Source: the human T2T-CHM13v2.0 reference genome, Homo sapiens
Assembly (NCBI RefSeq): GCF_009914755.1
Contig: NC_060937.1
Reading direction: 5' to 3' (one strand)
Length of the DNA stretch: 64,000 nucleotides
In this document: positions 15,771 to 29,415 of the stretch, in pieces
How positions within the stretch are numbered: position 1 is the first letter of the stretch
Layout of the letters: the number at the start of each line of letters is the position of its first letter
Position numbers and translations under genes: made by a program
Notes under the pieces: model-generated
Told to the model about the DNA's origin: nothing
The model's database searches: none
What the model saw: the letters and a program-made list of their open reading frames with translations, nothing else

Positions 15771-17144
15771 TTAAAACAAAAATAATATTAATGTATTGTG
15801 GCGTTTATAACATGTAGAAGAAAAATCCATCACAGCAATAACACAAAAGACAGAATGGGGAAGTACACTGTCGTAAGGTTTTTATACTGCATGTCAGGTA
15901 GTATTTGATTATTCAAAGGTAGAAAGTGATAATTCAGAAATGAGTATTACAACTTCTAGAAAAACTGCTAAAACAATTAAAAAGAGGCATAGTTAATAAG
16001 ACCATAGTGGAGATGACATGGAATCATAAAAAGTATTCACTCCAAAAGATGTCAGGAAAAGAATAAAAGAAAAAAAAAGTATTAAAAATAAAACTTTTAG
16101 CTATCAAGATGGTAGATTTCAACCCAATTATATAAAAATTATATTAAATTTAAGTTGTTTAAACGCTCCAATTAAAATGTAGAAATTTTTAGATTGAACA
16201 AAAAAGCAAAGTCCAATTATATTAACATCAGACAAAATATATTTGAAGAATATTACTATAATGATTAACAAATTGCTTGACAGGACATAATTATATATGT
16301 TTATGCCTCTATAATAGAGCTTCAAAACGCATAAAGATAAAGCTGGTATAACTCAAAAGAGAAATACACATATCCACAATTAGAGTTGGAGATTTCAACA
16401 TATTTCTATCACTGATTGATAGAAAAAAAATAGAAAGCAGCAGGGGGGAAAAGATATATATATACACACACATACATATATACAGAGTAGCAAATATAAG
16501 AGTTACAGAAGACTTATTTTCAGAAGTTATGCAAGCCAGTAGACAGTGGATATTTGGAGATCTTCCACCCAACAACAGCAGAATATACATTCTTTTCAAA
16601 TGCACACAGGATAATCATTAAGACCACATTGAATGCCATAAAACAAATCTCAATTTTGTAAAACTGTTGAAATCATACAAAGTATTTTCTCTGGCCACAA
16701 CAGAATTAAAGTAGAAATCAATAACAGAAAGGTATGTGGAAGTTCCCCTAAAAAATGGAAGATTATACTAATAATTGGTTGAAATCATGAACAAAGTCTT
16801 ATAGCATTGGCCAGAGAATCTTTAATCTTTTCTTAAAAATGAATAAATCAAGTTAGAAAATATTGAAGCAACCTACCTGTGGACACATGTAAACTTCTGG
16901 TGTATATAATATGTTAAAAGAATTGTGAAGTTTGAGGTAGATGAGGAAAATATGAAAAGAGAACTTTATTTAAAGTGTTATCTCCCAGAGCTAAACACAG
17001 GCCTTCCGCTGTTGGATAAAGAGCTTCTCTGGGCAAGAAGATGACAGTTCTGGAATATAAAGACGCTCTCTACTTTTGAGGTACCCACTGTCTTCTAATA
17101 TTAACTATTAAGTATACATTGGTCTTCTTTTTAGGGTTAAACTC

Positions 17145-18165
17145 TAGCCACATTTGCCTCCTTGCTGTTACTCAAACAAGCTACAAATATTCTTGCCTAA
17201 GGCCTTTGCACCAGCTGTTCTCTCTGTTGCCTTGTCTTCCCCCATAAATTGGCATGGCTCACTCCCTTGCTGTCTACAGGTACTTGCACAAACTTCACCT
17301 TCTCAATGAAGTCTTCCCTGACTATAATCTATCATCTTCATGGATTAATTTTTCTCCATAAACACCTCCCTGTTGAGTTTTTCCACTTAGTTCTTATTAT
17401 TTTTCCTACCCCACTAAAATACAAAGTTGACCAGGTGCAATAGCTCACACCTGGAACCTCAACACTTTGGGGGCTCAAAGTGGGAGGAGTTTGAGACCAC
17501 CCTGGGCAGCATAGTGAGACTCTATCTCTAAAAAAAAAAAAAAAAAAAAAAATCAGCCAGGCATGGTGTTGAGTGCCTGCAGTGCTACTCAGAAGGTTGA
17601 GTCCAGGAGTTTGAGGCTGAGCGAGCTGTGATTGTGCCACTGCATTTCAGCCTGAATAACATAGGGATACCTGGTCTCAAAAAAAAAAAAAAAAAAGAAG
17701 AAGAAGAAGAAGAAGAAGAAGAAGCAGGAGCAGCACACTCTATGAGGGTAAAACTTTTGACTAATTTGTTCACCCAATATCCCCACTACCTAGAATGGTG
17801 CCTGACACATAGTAGTCCAATATACTATTTCATATAGTACTCCTGACACCGGAAGGGTCCTTCTCAGCATTCCAGTTTCAGGTTAAATGTCACCTCAGAG
17901 ACACCTTTCTTGACCACATTATTTAAAGTACCATCATCTCATTCTAGTTATACTCTCTCCTAATACTCTTACACTTTCTTCACATGCTTATACACATCTG
18001 AAATTATTTTACTATTTGTTCACTTCTTTACTGTCAACTTCTTGCTGTCATAGAGTACAGAGTCCTTCTCTACCTTGCTCACAGCTGATCCCAGACCCTA
18101 GAACTGAACATTGCCAGATACATAGTAGGTGCTCCATAAAATATCTAATGAATGAATGAATGGAT
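17145..18165 (+). mobile_element. L2 fragments (interrupted by AluJ)
   Basis: ggcctttgcaccagctgttctctctg...cctagaatggtgcctgacacatagtag; terminal aatgaatgaatgaatgg. Confidence 0.7.
17429..17724 (+). mobile_element. AluJ-like with internal deletion and (GAA)n tail
   Basis: cctgggcagcatagtgagac; right arm gagtttgaggctg; A-run followed by (GAA)~9. Confidence 0.85.
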
Positions 18166-19147
18166 CTGAGTCCTTTGTGCTTTTCATTACTTTACTGTAA
18201 TGCTCATACAAACCTATCTTTAAATCTCACTTATGCCTTTTTGCTCTGAATATTCTGACTGTAGTTTCCATGTAAAATATAACTTTAGTTGTCTGGTGAC
18301 CCACTGTCTTCCAATCTTATAAAACACTCCAGTCTTCACATAAACAACTATAATAACAACAAAATCCTAAGCAGAGGAATTTACTATCCTTGGGCTAATA
18401 AAGGTAAGTTCCTCCTGTTGGGTCTTGTTTTATCCACAGCCATTTTACTTCTATATCTTTTACTTTTCTGAGCTGAATTTACTGAGCAGCAAAAGTAAAA
18501 TCCTTTAATCTTCCATTTTGGGGCCTATGTTTGAAAAGGATTAAAGAGTCAAACAAAATTAGTTTCCAAACCTTCAATTTTCCAGGCCCACAGGCACTCT
18601 CCCTCTCCTCAGAAATGAAGGTGGCTTTGAGCCATCTGTTACTTCCCATGAAACATTTCTCTCGGCTGTCACAGCTGATTGCTGTACTTCTTTTCATATA
18701 TAAGAGAAAATGAAAGAAAGACAGGAAAGAAAGACAGAAAAGAAAGGACCCAAAAAAAAAAAAAATAGGGCTATTCTATCCACCTTCATGCACAGTTTGT
18801 TTACTGGTCCTCTAGTTTCCTTGGGAGACCCTGCCAAAAAGAGGTGTCATTTAACTAACAACAGCAATTTCTCATTAAACCCCTAATTTAAACAAGACTC
18901 AGAGTGGAAAATTGCAAAACAAGAAGCTTGCAAATTGCATCAAAGCAGTGTTATTAGACATGGGAGTAAAGGACCCTGTATGATGCAGGCTCTTGAGATG
19001 AATCCTATAAGATAAATTTAGGGCTTTGTGCATAGGCTGCTGTGGGAACTGGCACCTCTTACTTGGAGTTACATGTATCCTGGAGATACATGTGACTACT
19101 GGCAGTAACCCAAGTTCTTTTGAGAGATGGAAACATTGACTAAAGGT

Positions 19148-19282
19148 AGGGTAACCGTATGTCCTGATTTGCCAGCAGGAACAGTCTCATACTATGCCTG
19201 TTGTCCCAGGACCATTATTAATAGTGCCTTCTTTCTCTCTCAAAAGTGTGCCGGTTTGGACAAAAAATTCTATGGTCATCCT
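19148..19282 (+). mobile_element. MER94 (hAT-Blackjack MITE)
   Basis: agggtaaccgtatgtcctgatttgcc...ccggtttggac...tatggtcatcct. Confidence 0.7.
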
Positions 19283-19611
19283 AACTGAAGATCAGGATGG
19301 CTGATTAAATAATAAAAAGCATATATGTTCTCATCTGGTGTGGACTGCAAACGTGTTTGGATGGCAAAGATAAATCTTGCCAAGTTTCACCCATGTGCAA
19401 CTAAGCTCATCGACTGATTGACTCTTGGCTGGCTAGAATCTTGGGCAGCCCAACTCAGACTGTTTGCAACCAGACTTCTCAGCTTTGGTGTTGTAAAAAC
19501 TGAAGGCAGCTAATCCCAGAGAAGCATTTACAATTTGCCCAATGAGCCAAAAGAACTTAATTTGACTCTCTCTTGTTTGGTTACTTTCTCCTCTCGCCTT
19601 ATTATCAAGTC

Positions 19612-20559
<948 letters not shown>

Positions 20560-23089
20560 TAATCCAGCACTCTCAATTTTTATCCAGGGAGACCCACTGA
20601 ACTAGAACTAAGAAAAAGATTCCGCCTTATTTTAAACTGCTGTTTGGAAATCTTTGTTTGTTTTCCTCATGTCAGGTATCTATTAACACTTCTAGACTTA
20701 GGTGAGATAACAAACATGAACTAGCTACCACTAGAGATTGGAACTCAATGTAATTCTCCCCTAGAGCAATAGTTTTCATCTCTCTCAAATAAATAGGGTT
20801 TTTGACACTGAAGCATACTCCTCTTATATAAATAAAAAAGGAAAAAACTGCTTAACATGAATTCATCTTGTCAATCATTCATTCATATTCCCTTACCTCA
20901 GTGGATATTACTAGCAGCATTTTCAGATGATTTGTTTTGGTTGCACTATATTTCTGTGGGTAGAATGTGAAATACACACAGGTTCTATTAGTAAAAGTTG
21001 TTGAAATGATTAAGTTGAGTAAGTGGTGAGTGTGAAATATAATTTATAGTCAACAATTTTGGTGAAATTTAGTGAACTGAAAAGCATAAATAGATTTAAA
21101 ATTTTTCAAGAAGACATAATAAATTTCAAGAGAAATGGGAAATGTCTTTAAATGTGTACCTGATAACTATACGATATAGATAGTAGGTCAGATCAAGCAA
21201 ATTATTTTCAACCAGTTAAGGATTTTTGGATTTCTGTTTGTAATAGAAGGCCAACCTATTAAGAAGGATCCAACTTATTTAAGAAGATCACTGTAGCTAC
21301 TATTGAGATTGAAAAAAACCATACAATACTCAAAGTGGGGAGACTGGTTAGTAGGCATGAGATGATGGCAGTTTGGAATATAAACTATATTAAAAAGAAT
21401 TCAGGGTAAAAAAATGTTGAAAAGAAGAAAATCCTTAATTGTAGCACCCACGCACAACCATAGATAACATCAAGTTATATTTCTGTCAAGCAATTTTTCT
21501 GCACATAGTTTTGGCCTGTTTGCATTTATATTGTATACGTAATTTAAAATCGTGCTTTTAAAACTTAGTATGGTAGAACTTTTTATGTTATAAAATACTT
21601 TATAAATACAGCCTTTAAGGTCTGCATCTCATTTTGTCAATAGCTGCCGCTGGCTGCTTAACTATCTTCTACTGCTGGTCATTTTAGGTTACATAAAATA
21701 GTCCACTATTTTAAATCACATTAAGTTTTTATTACTACATTCTCAGGGTTGAATGCCACAAGTGTAATTACTGGGTTAGAGGTTATGAACATCTTAGTTT
21801 ATAACCTCTAACATTTGAATGTTGACAAATAGTGTTGGATTCAGGGGTTATTTTTTAAAGACAAGCATTTTTATTACTTTCAGATTTAGGCAGTGTAAGA
21901 CTAGGTCAACAAACTGTTTTCGAGTAAAATGCTCTTTGGGGACCTTCCTTATTAAATAAATATTTTTAATGTATGAATTATTTCATTCACTCAACTATAA
22001 CCTATTATACATCCATTCTGTACCAGGAGCACCCTAGATGTGAGAATACAAAGAGAAATACATTCTCTCCTTGCCCCAGGTGGAGATTTAAATCAATAAT
22101 TTCAAAGGAGTACAAGATTTGTAAAAATGACACGTTTCCACAAATATTTTAACTATTTACTTGCATTCCTACTTACATTTTAAGTTAGTAAATTATTTCT
22201 TTATAAATAATTATTAGGCAAATTTTAGCCCCTGGTAGAATTATCAAATATTACAAATTAGTAAAGTCAAAGTTAACAGATTTTATTTTTGCTGTAAGTA
22301 AAAGTGCGTAAGTTTGCAGTCTAGTCTAAGAAGAAGCCAGTGTCATTTAGTGTGCTACCTAGATGGAAAATTGAGCTTCTTTGGCCTTTGTGTATCTAAA
22401 ATCTGAGTTAAGAGCCAGTAGGCAGCACTTGACAGATGTTTTAAGACATTGATTGACAACTATACTGGAGGCACTAGATTCAAATATGAGTAACTGAAAA
22501 CACAAAGAGGGAGAAGTTTTCTTTCCTTACGTTTTCTACCTTTTGCTTCTTTTCTTCACCTCTTTCACTTTGATTCTTCTAAAGAAAAAACACAGTTTTA
22601 GTAGAAATCATTAATAGAATCTAAACAAATCACAAAACCGAAGTGTCTTTGCAGTTGTAATTTACACCTTGAATTCAGCCAAAATCTAATTTACAAAGGA
22701 AGTTTTCAAATATATTGTTTGGGTAGGGGGAGGGGGTATGCAATGAGACTCCTCACTCCCTAAATCCTTCCAGCTCCAAGAGAAGTCCAGTAGCGAGCCT
22801 TTGTCATGTAAACTGGAGTAGAGAAAGGATAAATGCTTTCCAATGTTTGCCTCTTTTATGCAAGAGATAAGATTAAAATTATGCTAGTAGGGAGAAAATG
22901 AGTCTGAGGTACAGACCAGATAAGGGCTTTCAAGAGGAAATGAATCCTCTGAATGGACATTGTGTTAGGCACTATGCAACAAAGCCTTATCTGGCCCGAA
23001 CTGTCAATAATGCCATGATCTTGGGATTGTAAGAGAGGTCGACCCTCTCCATTCTCCGTCCCATTTCCAACAAGACCAGAATTTAATCT

Positions 23090-23840
23090 TCACTCACTCA
23101 CTCATTTAATAACTATCTATCAAATGCCTACTATGTACCATATGCCATTCTAGACACTGAATACATTGGCAAACAAAAACAGACAAAGGCAAAAAATAGT
23201 AAATACATAAGACGTCTTATTACATAACAAGTATATGTGTATTAGTAAATGCTACGAGAAAGAAAAGGAGAGCAGGTAAGGTGGTTGGGAAAGCTGTGGC
23301 AGGGAATGGGAAGTGTTTTGTTCATCAGGATAAGCAGAATGGGCCTCACGGAGAAGCTAACATTTGAGCAGAGACCCGAGGGAGGTGAGGGAGGTGGCCG
23401 TTTAGATGGCTGTCTGAGGGAAGCGCAGTCCAGGAAGAGGCAGGGCACAAGATCTAAGCAGCACACAGACTGTGTCAAGGAACCACAGGGAGTTCTGTGT
23501 GGCTGAAGCAGAGCGAGCAAGGAGGGCACAGCAATAGCAGCTGAGGTATTGCAGAAGCAAACGTAAGGGCCAGATCATACAGGGACTTATGGCCATTGTA
23601 AGAATGTTGGATTTAATTCTGAGTAAAAGGAGGAGTCTTCGCAGGCTTTTGAGCAGAGGAGTGGCATGATCTGATTCATGTTTAGGAAGGGTCAGCGCTA
23701 GCTTCTGGGCTGATGACAGATGGTGGACAGCAAGGGTAGAAGCAGAGAGACTGATGGGCATTTAGGGCAGTGATCCAGGCAAGAGATAAAGCTGGCGCTG
23801 ACCTGCTTGGTTACAGTGGAGGTTGTGAGAAGTGGTTGGA
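23090..23840 (-). mobile_element. L2 (3' portion)
   Basis: tcactcactcactcattt...tgcctactatgtacca...gagaagctaacatttgagcagagacc...ttttgagcagaggagtggcatgatctga. Confidence 0.8.
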
Positions 23841-23987
23841 TCCCTTCCCCTGTCCTCATCCCACTCTTGAGGCCATAAACACTGAGAAATGCACTCGATC
23901 ATCACACAGCAGAGCTAGCAGAACAGGAGAAAGGAGAAAAGTCTTGATGTTCTTGTGCAAATGGAGGCTGTAAAATTGACAAGATAA
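23365..23987 (+). repeat. Inverted repeat, left arm (L2 plus unique sequence)
   Basis: Reverse complement of 31638-32269; also visible as near-identical ORFs 23402..23761(-) and 31866..32318(+). Confidence 0.97.
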
Positions 23988-24512
23988 GACTGGACTTTGG
24001 ACTTGATGCTGAAACAAGTTGGGACATTGAGGAACTATTAGGATGCAATGATTGTATTTTACAATGTGAGAAGAACATGAGATTTGGGGGGCCAGAGGTG
24101 AAATGGTAGTTTTGGATGTTTTCTCCCCTCCAAATCTCATGTTGAAATGTGACCTGCAATGTTAGAAGTGGGGTCTAGTGGGAGGTATTGGATCATGGAG
24201 GCAGATTCCTCATGAACAGCTTAGCACCATCCCCTTGACTAGTAAGTGAGTTCTCACTCTGGGTTCATGCAAGATCTTGTTGTTTAAAAGAGTCTCTCTC
24301 TTGCTCACTCTCTCACCATGTGATGTGTCTGCTCCTGCTTCACCTTCTGCCATGAGTGGAAGCTCCTTGAGGTCTCACCAGAAGTGGAGTAGATGCCAGT
24401 GCCATGCTTTCTGCACAGCCTGCAGAACTGTGTGCCAATTAAGCCAGTTTTTAAAGATAAATTGCTCAGTCTCTGCTATTCCTTTACGGCAACACAAAAA
24501 CAGACTAATGCA
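23988..24512 (+). mobile_element. MST (MSTB-like) element: 3' end of internal region, polypurine tract and complete LTR (24104-24512)
   Basis: ggactttggacttg...aatgtgagaagaacatgagatttggggggccagaggtgaaa|tggtagtttggatg...cagactaatgca. Confidence 0.88.
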
Positions 24513-25745
24513 CCCAGTATACTTCCAGGCACACTGTGTCAAACAAATAGTAACTGATGGAAATATAGAGCTGTAAACACAGTGTACAATAAACTATATG
24601 GCTTGACACACTTTCATGAAGTCAAGATCTTAGTCCTTCTAATCCAAATGTGTTCTCTTGACCCTTTTGAGATAGTGTAACATTTGGGCCTTTACTCAAA
24701 GACGTGAAATCACTTAATGTAGACGATTATATTGTCAGAGGATAGGTTGACATATATCTGCTACAGTTATGTCTCTTCAAATAATTGTAATATTCCTGTA
24801 CATTTTAATTGGAAATTTCTGTTAAGGGTATAAGTTTTATTACTCAATTCAATTAAATCAAGTACATGCAAGAAGTCATTGAGGAGTAGCAAGTATAGGT
24901 CTTACATGTTCAAACCCAGAAAATAGAACACAAGTGTGTTTTAAAATAGAAACTTTTTCAATTAAACCAACCCCTTCCTGCTCAATAAAATTCATCTCAA
25001 TCAAAATTGATGACAGTACTTTCTAACTGTAATAAATGGCTGTAAATAAGCAATTCAATTTGCAATGCCTGCAACATGAAATATAATTAACCTAGCATAA
25101 CCTTCATTATAATATTTGTCACACCTTGAATCAAGGTTATCAAAATGGCCATTATTTGCAAGGGACAGAAGCCATTCATTGCTGAATTTGTTATGCCTGC
25201 ATTCTGAGGCAATAGTTTATCTATCTTCTATTTGGAAATTAAAATTTTAAAGTAATTACATAAAATAATATATTACAATTATTTGTTGCTATAATACAGG
25301 ATATGAAAAGCATTATACACAGGGAAATCTAAATAGCATCGCAACCCAGGTTCCATTTGTGAAATTTACTGTCCATTTATTGTGAGATTTTGATAAGCCC
25401 TTTATTACTAGAATGCTTCTGTATGTATTTTCATCAGTAAAATAAGAATAGGAGAAGTAGATGCCCCCTCATCTGAATGAAGCACATTAGGATTAAAATA
25501 GCAATATTCCAGTAGTCTTGCTTACAGCAAAATAAGCATTTTTGCTTGAAAAGACTAGATCAATTGAGAACTGATGTTGGAAGATGATGCTTGAAGTTTA
25601 TTTAGAATCAACACTGGCTTTGCTTATGCAGAGATTGATTGTTTTTAATTCAATGTATTCCTGTATTTATAGTGATGTTAACTGAATATAAAAATGGATA
25701 TCATTTGAGTTAAGCATCTTGCCACCTTTTTTTTAAAATGGGAAC

Positions 25746-27383
25746 TATTATTATAATAATTATTATTATTATTATTATACTCTAAGTTCTGGGTTACATG
25801 TGCAGAACGTGCAGTTTTGTTACATAGGTATACACATGCCCTGGTGGTTTGCTGCACCCATCAACTCATCACCTACGTTAGGTATTTAGGTATTTCTCCT
25901 AATGTTATCCCTCTCCTAGCCCCCCACCCCATGACGGGCCGAGGTGTGTGATGTTCCCCTCCCTATGTCCATGCGTTCTCATTGTTCAACTCCCACTTAT
26001 GAGTGAGAAGATGTGGTGTTTGGTTTTCTGATCTTGTGATAGTTTGCTGAGAATGATGGTTTCCAGCTTCACCCATGTCCCTGCAAAGGACATGAACTCA
26101 TCCTTTTTTATGGCTCTTTAGTATTCCATGGTGCATATGTGCCACATTTTCTTTATCCAGTCTATCATTGATGGACGTTTGGGTTGGTTCCAAGTCTTTG
26201 CTATTGTGAATAGTGCTGCAATAAATATATATGTGCATGTGTCTTTATCATAGAATGATTTATAATCCTTTGGGTATATGCCTAGTAATGGGATTGCTGG
26301 GTCAAATGGTATTTCCAGTTCTAGATCCTTGAGGAATTGCCACACTGTCTTCCACAATGGTTGAACTAATTTACACTCCCACCAACAGCATAAAAGCATT
26401 CCTATTTTTCCACAACCTCTCCAGCATCTGTTGTTTCCTGACTTTTTAATGATTGCCATTCTAACTGGTGTGGGGTGGTATCTCATTGTGGTTTTGATTT
26501 GCATTTCTCTGATGGCCAGTGATGATGAGCATTTTTTCATGTGTCTGTTGGCTGCATAAATGTCTTCTTTTGAGAAGTGTCTGTTCATATCTTTTGCCCA
26601 TTTTTTTGATGGGGTTGTTTTTTTCTTGTAAATTTGTTTAAGTTCTCTGTAGATTCTGGTTATTAGCCCTTTGTCAGATGGATAGATTGCAAAAATTTTC
26701 TCCCATTCTGTAGGTTGCCTCTTCACTCTGATGATAGTTTCTTTTGCTGTGCAGAAGCTCTTTGGTTTAATTAGATCCCATTTGTCAATTTTGGCTTTTG
26801 TTGCCATTGCTTTTGGTGTTTTAGACATGAAGTCCTTGCCCATGCCTATGTCCTGAATAGTATTGCCCAGCTTTTCTTCTAGGATTTTTATGGTCCTAGG
26901 TCTTACTTTTAAGTCTTTGATCCATCTTGAGTTGATTTTTGTAAAAGGTGTAAGGAAGGGGTCCAGTTTCAGTTTTCTGCATATGTTTTCCCAACACCGT
27001 TTATTAAATAGGGAGTCTTTTCCCCATTGCTTGTGTGTGTCAGGCTTGTCAAAGATCAGATGGCTGTAGATGTGTGGTGTTATTTCTGAGGCCTCCATTC
27101 TGTTCCATTGGTCTATATATCTGTTTTGGTACGAGTACCATGCTGTTTTGGTTACTATAGCCTTGCAGTAGAGTTTGAAGTCAGGTAGTGTGATGCCTCC
27201 AGCTTTGTTCTTCTTGTCCAGGATTGTCTTGGCTATGTGGACTCTTTTTTTGTTCCATATGAAATTTAAAGTACTTTTTTCCAATTCTGTGAGGAAAGTC
27301 AGTGGTAGCTTGATGGGGATAGCATTGAATGTATAAATTACTTTGGGCAGTATGGCCATTTTCACAACATTGATTCTTCCTAT
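25746..27383 (-). mobile_element. 5'-truncated L1PA7/8-like element with (AAT)n tail
   Basis: 3'UTR ttattatactctaagttctgggttacatgtgcagaacgtgcag...; ORF2 homology. Confidence 0.93.
26118..27365 (-). pseudogene. L1 ORF2p C-terminal fragment (415 aa open), non-functional
   Basis: [55 protein letters not shown]; 3-aa deletion (WENICRK vs WENWLAICRK) and premature stop. Confidence 0.9.
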
Positions 27384-28299
27384 TGAAACTGAGTTTGAAA
27401 GAATTGCAGTTACATCAAGGACTCATACTAATTCTCACATCAGGTTAGAATCAGTAACAGGTTTACAACTATAAAAACAACGACAGCTCGAGGATTTTGT
27501 TCTTTAAAAATGAAAAATTAAGTAGACATTTGTAGATTTTACCTTTATTTGTTGGCTGAAGTTCTGTTTGGCATAAAATAATTACGGGCCACTCTGAATT
27601 ATACTTACCTGTCCTATTATCTCATATTTAAGAAATGGCTGAACCACTGGGAAGATTAGGAGGGAGGAGGGGCACTCCTAGGACCTGAAGACTGCAAAGA
27701 ATTTTCTGGGTCTCCAGAGTCCCTTATCCCCAGCATGGGATGTTCTTTCAAATATTTTGATTATTCACTTTTATCATTGAAAGTTATATGTATATTAATT
27801 TATTATTATATATTAAGAATGTATATAATGTGCATCTATTATGTTCAAATACAATAATTTTAAAAGATGAAATATAGGTGAAATAAACAATACTTTAATA
27901 AATGCATATTTTCTTAATAAAATAGAACCCATGTGCTCTCACTATAAACATTATTATTGAATATACTTCTGTATCAGTTAGCCTTTACTATATAACAAAA
28001 CACTCAAAAACGTAGTGACTGAAAACAACTTTCATTCACTTCCTCACAATTCTGTGAGGTGGCAGCTTGAGCTTTGCTTCTCTGGATGGTTCAAAGGCTG
28101 CTCACTTCCAGGCTCAGTCATGCGACTGCAGTCAGCTGGCATCTCAGCTGGAGTTGGATGGTCCAGGATGTTCTAAGTTGGAAATTGGCAGCCTGGATGT
28201 CTTGGTTTTCCTCCATGTGGCCTCTCTAGTGGGATAACTTGGGCTTTTTCACATGGTCACAGGGCTCCCAGCAGCAACAGAGGCAGGTCCAAATGTGTG

Positions 28300-28561
28300 T
28301 TTTTTTTTTTTTTTTTTTTTTTTTTTTGAATTGTAGTCTCACTCTGCGGCCAGGTTGGACTACAGTGGGCAAACTTGGCTCACTGCAATCTCCACCTCCC
28401 AGGTTCAAGTAATTCCCCTGCCTCAGCCTCCCGAGTAGCTGGGATTACAGGCACACACCACCACACCAGGCTAATTTTTTGTATTTTAGTAGAGACAGGG
28501 TTTCACCATGTTGGCGAGGATGGTCTCTATCTCCTGACCTTGTGATCTGTCTGCATTAGCC
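28300..28561 (-). mobile_element. AluS (Sc-like), 5' end missing
   Basis: Poly-T then Alu right and left arms, ending abruptly at gcattagcct. Confidence 0.9.
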
Positions 28562-28564
28562 TAT

Positions 28565-29415
28565 AGATTTTATTTTTAGAGCATTTTTAGGTTTACAGAA
28601 AAAATTTAGCAGAAAAGCAAACTTCCCAAAATACCCCTTCTCTACCCACTTGCATCCTCCCCCAACAGTTTCCCCTATTAACATCTTGCACCAATACAGT
28701 ACTTTTGCTACAGTTGGTGAACAAATATCAATACATTATTATTAACTAAAGTCCACAGTTTACATTAGGATTCACGCTGTGCTGTGCAGTTCTATAGGTT
28801 TTGCCAAATGCATGATGTCATGTATTCACCATTACAGTTTTATATACAATAGTTCCACTAAAATACCTTAAGTTCCACCTATCCATCCCTCTCTCTCTCC
28901 CCCCATATTCTTGGTAACCACTGATTTTTTTTTTTTTAACTATCTCTGGAAACTTGCCTTTTCCAGAATGTCTTATATTTGGAATCTTACAGTATATCAC
29001 ATTTTCAGGCCAGTATTTTTCACTTAGCAAAATGTTATTAAAGTTCTTTCTTGTTTTATCATGACTGATAAGGTTTTTTCTTTTTGTAACTAAATAATAT
29101 TCCATTGCATAATGTACCATACTTTGTTTATTCATTCACCCACTGAAATAAAGTTGCTGTAAACATTCATGGGCAGATTTTTGTGTGAACCTAAGTTTTC
29201 AATTAATGTGGGTAAGTAGCAAGAATTGTGATTGCTGGATCATTTGGTAAGGTTATGTTTAGTTTGCAAGAAACTGCCAAACTGCCTTCCAAAATGGCTA
29301 TACTGGTTTGCATTTGCACCAGCAATGAATGAGAGTTCCTGTTGCTCTACAACCTCACTCAGCATTTTACATGTCAGTGTTTTGGATTTTAGTTACTCTA
29401 ATAGATATGTAGTAA
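28565..29415 (-). mobile_element. L1MC-type 3' region
   Basis: ttttagagcatttttaggtttacagaaaaa...attattaactaaagtccacagtttacattagg...aagaaactgccaaactg. Confidence 0.8.

Noticed and set aside
26118-27365. 415-aa ORF as a functional gene
   Set aside because: 5'-truncated L1 ORF2 with deletion and premature stop; lacks endonuclease and most of RT
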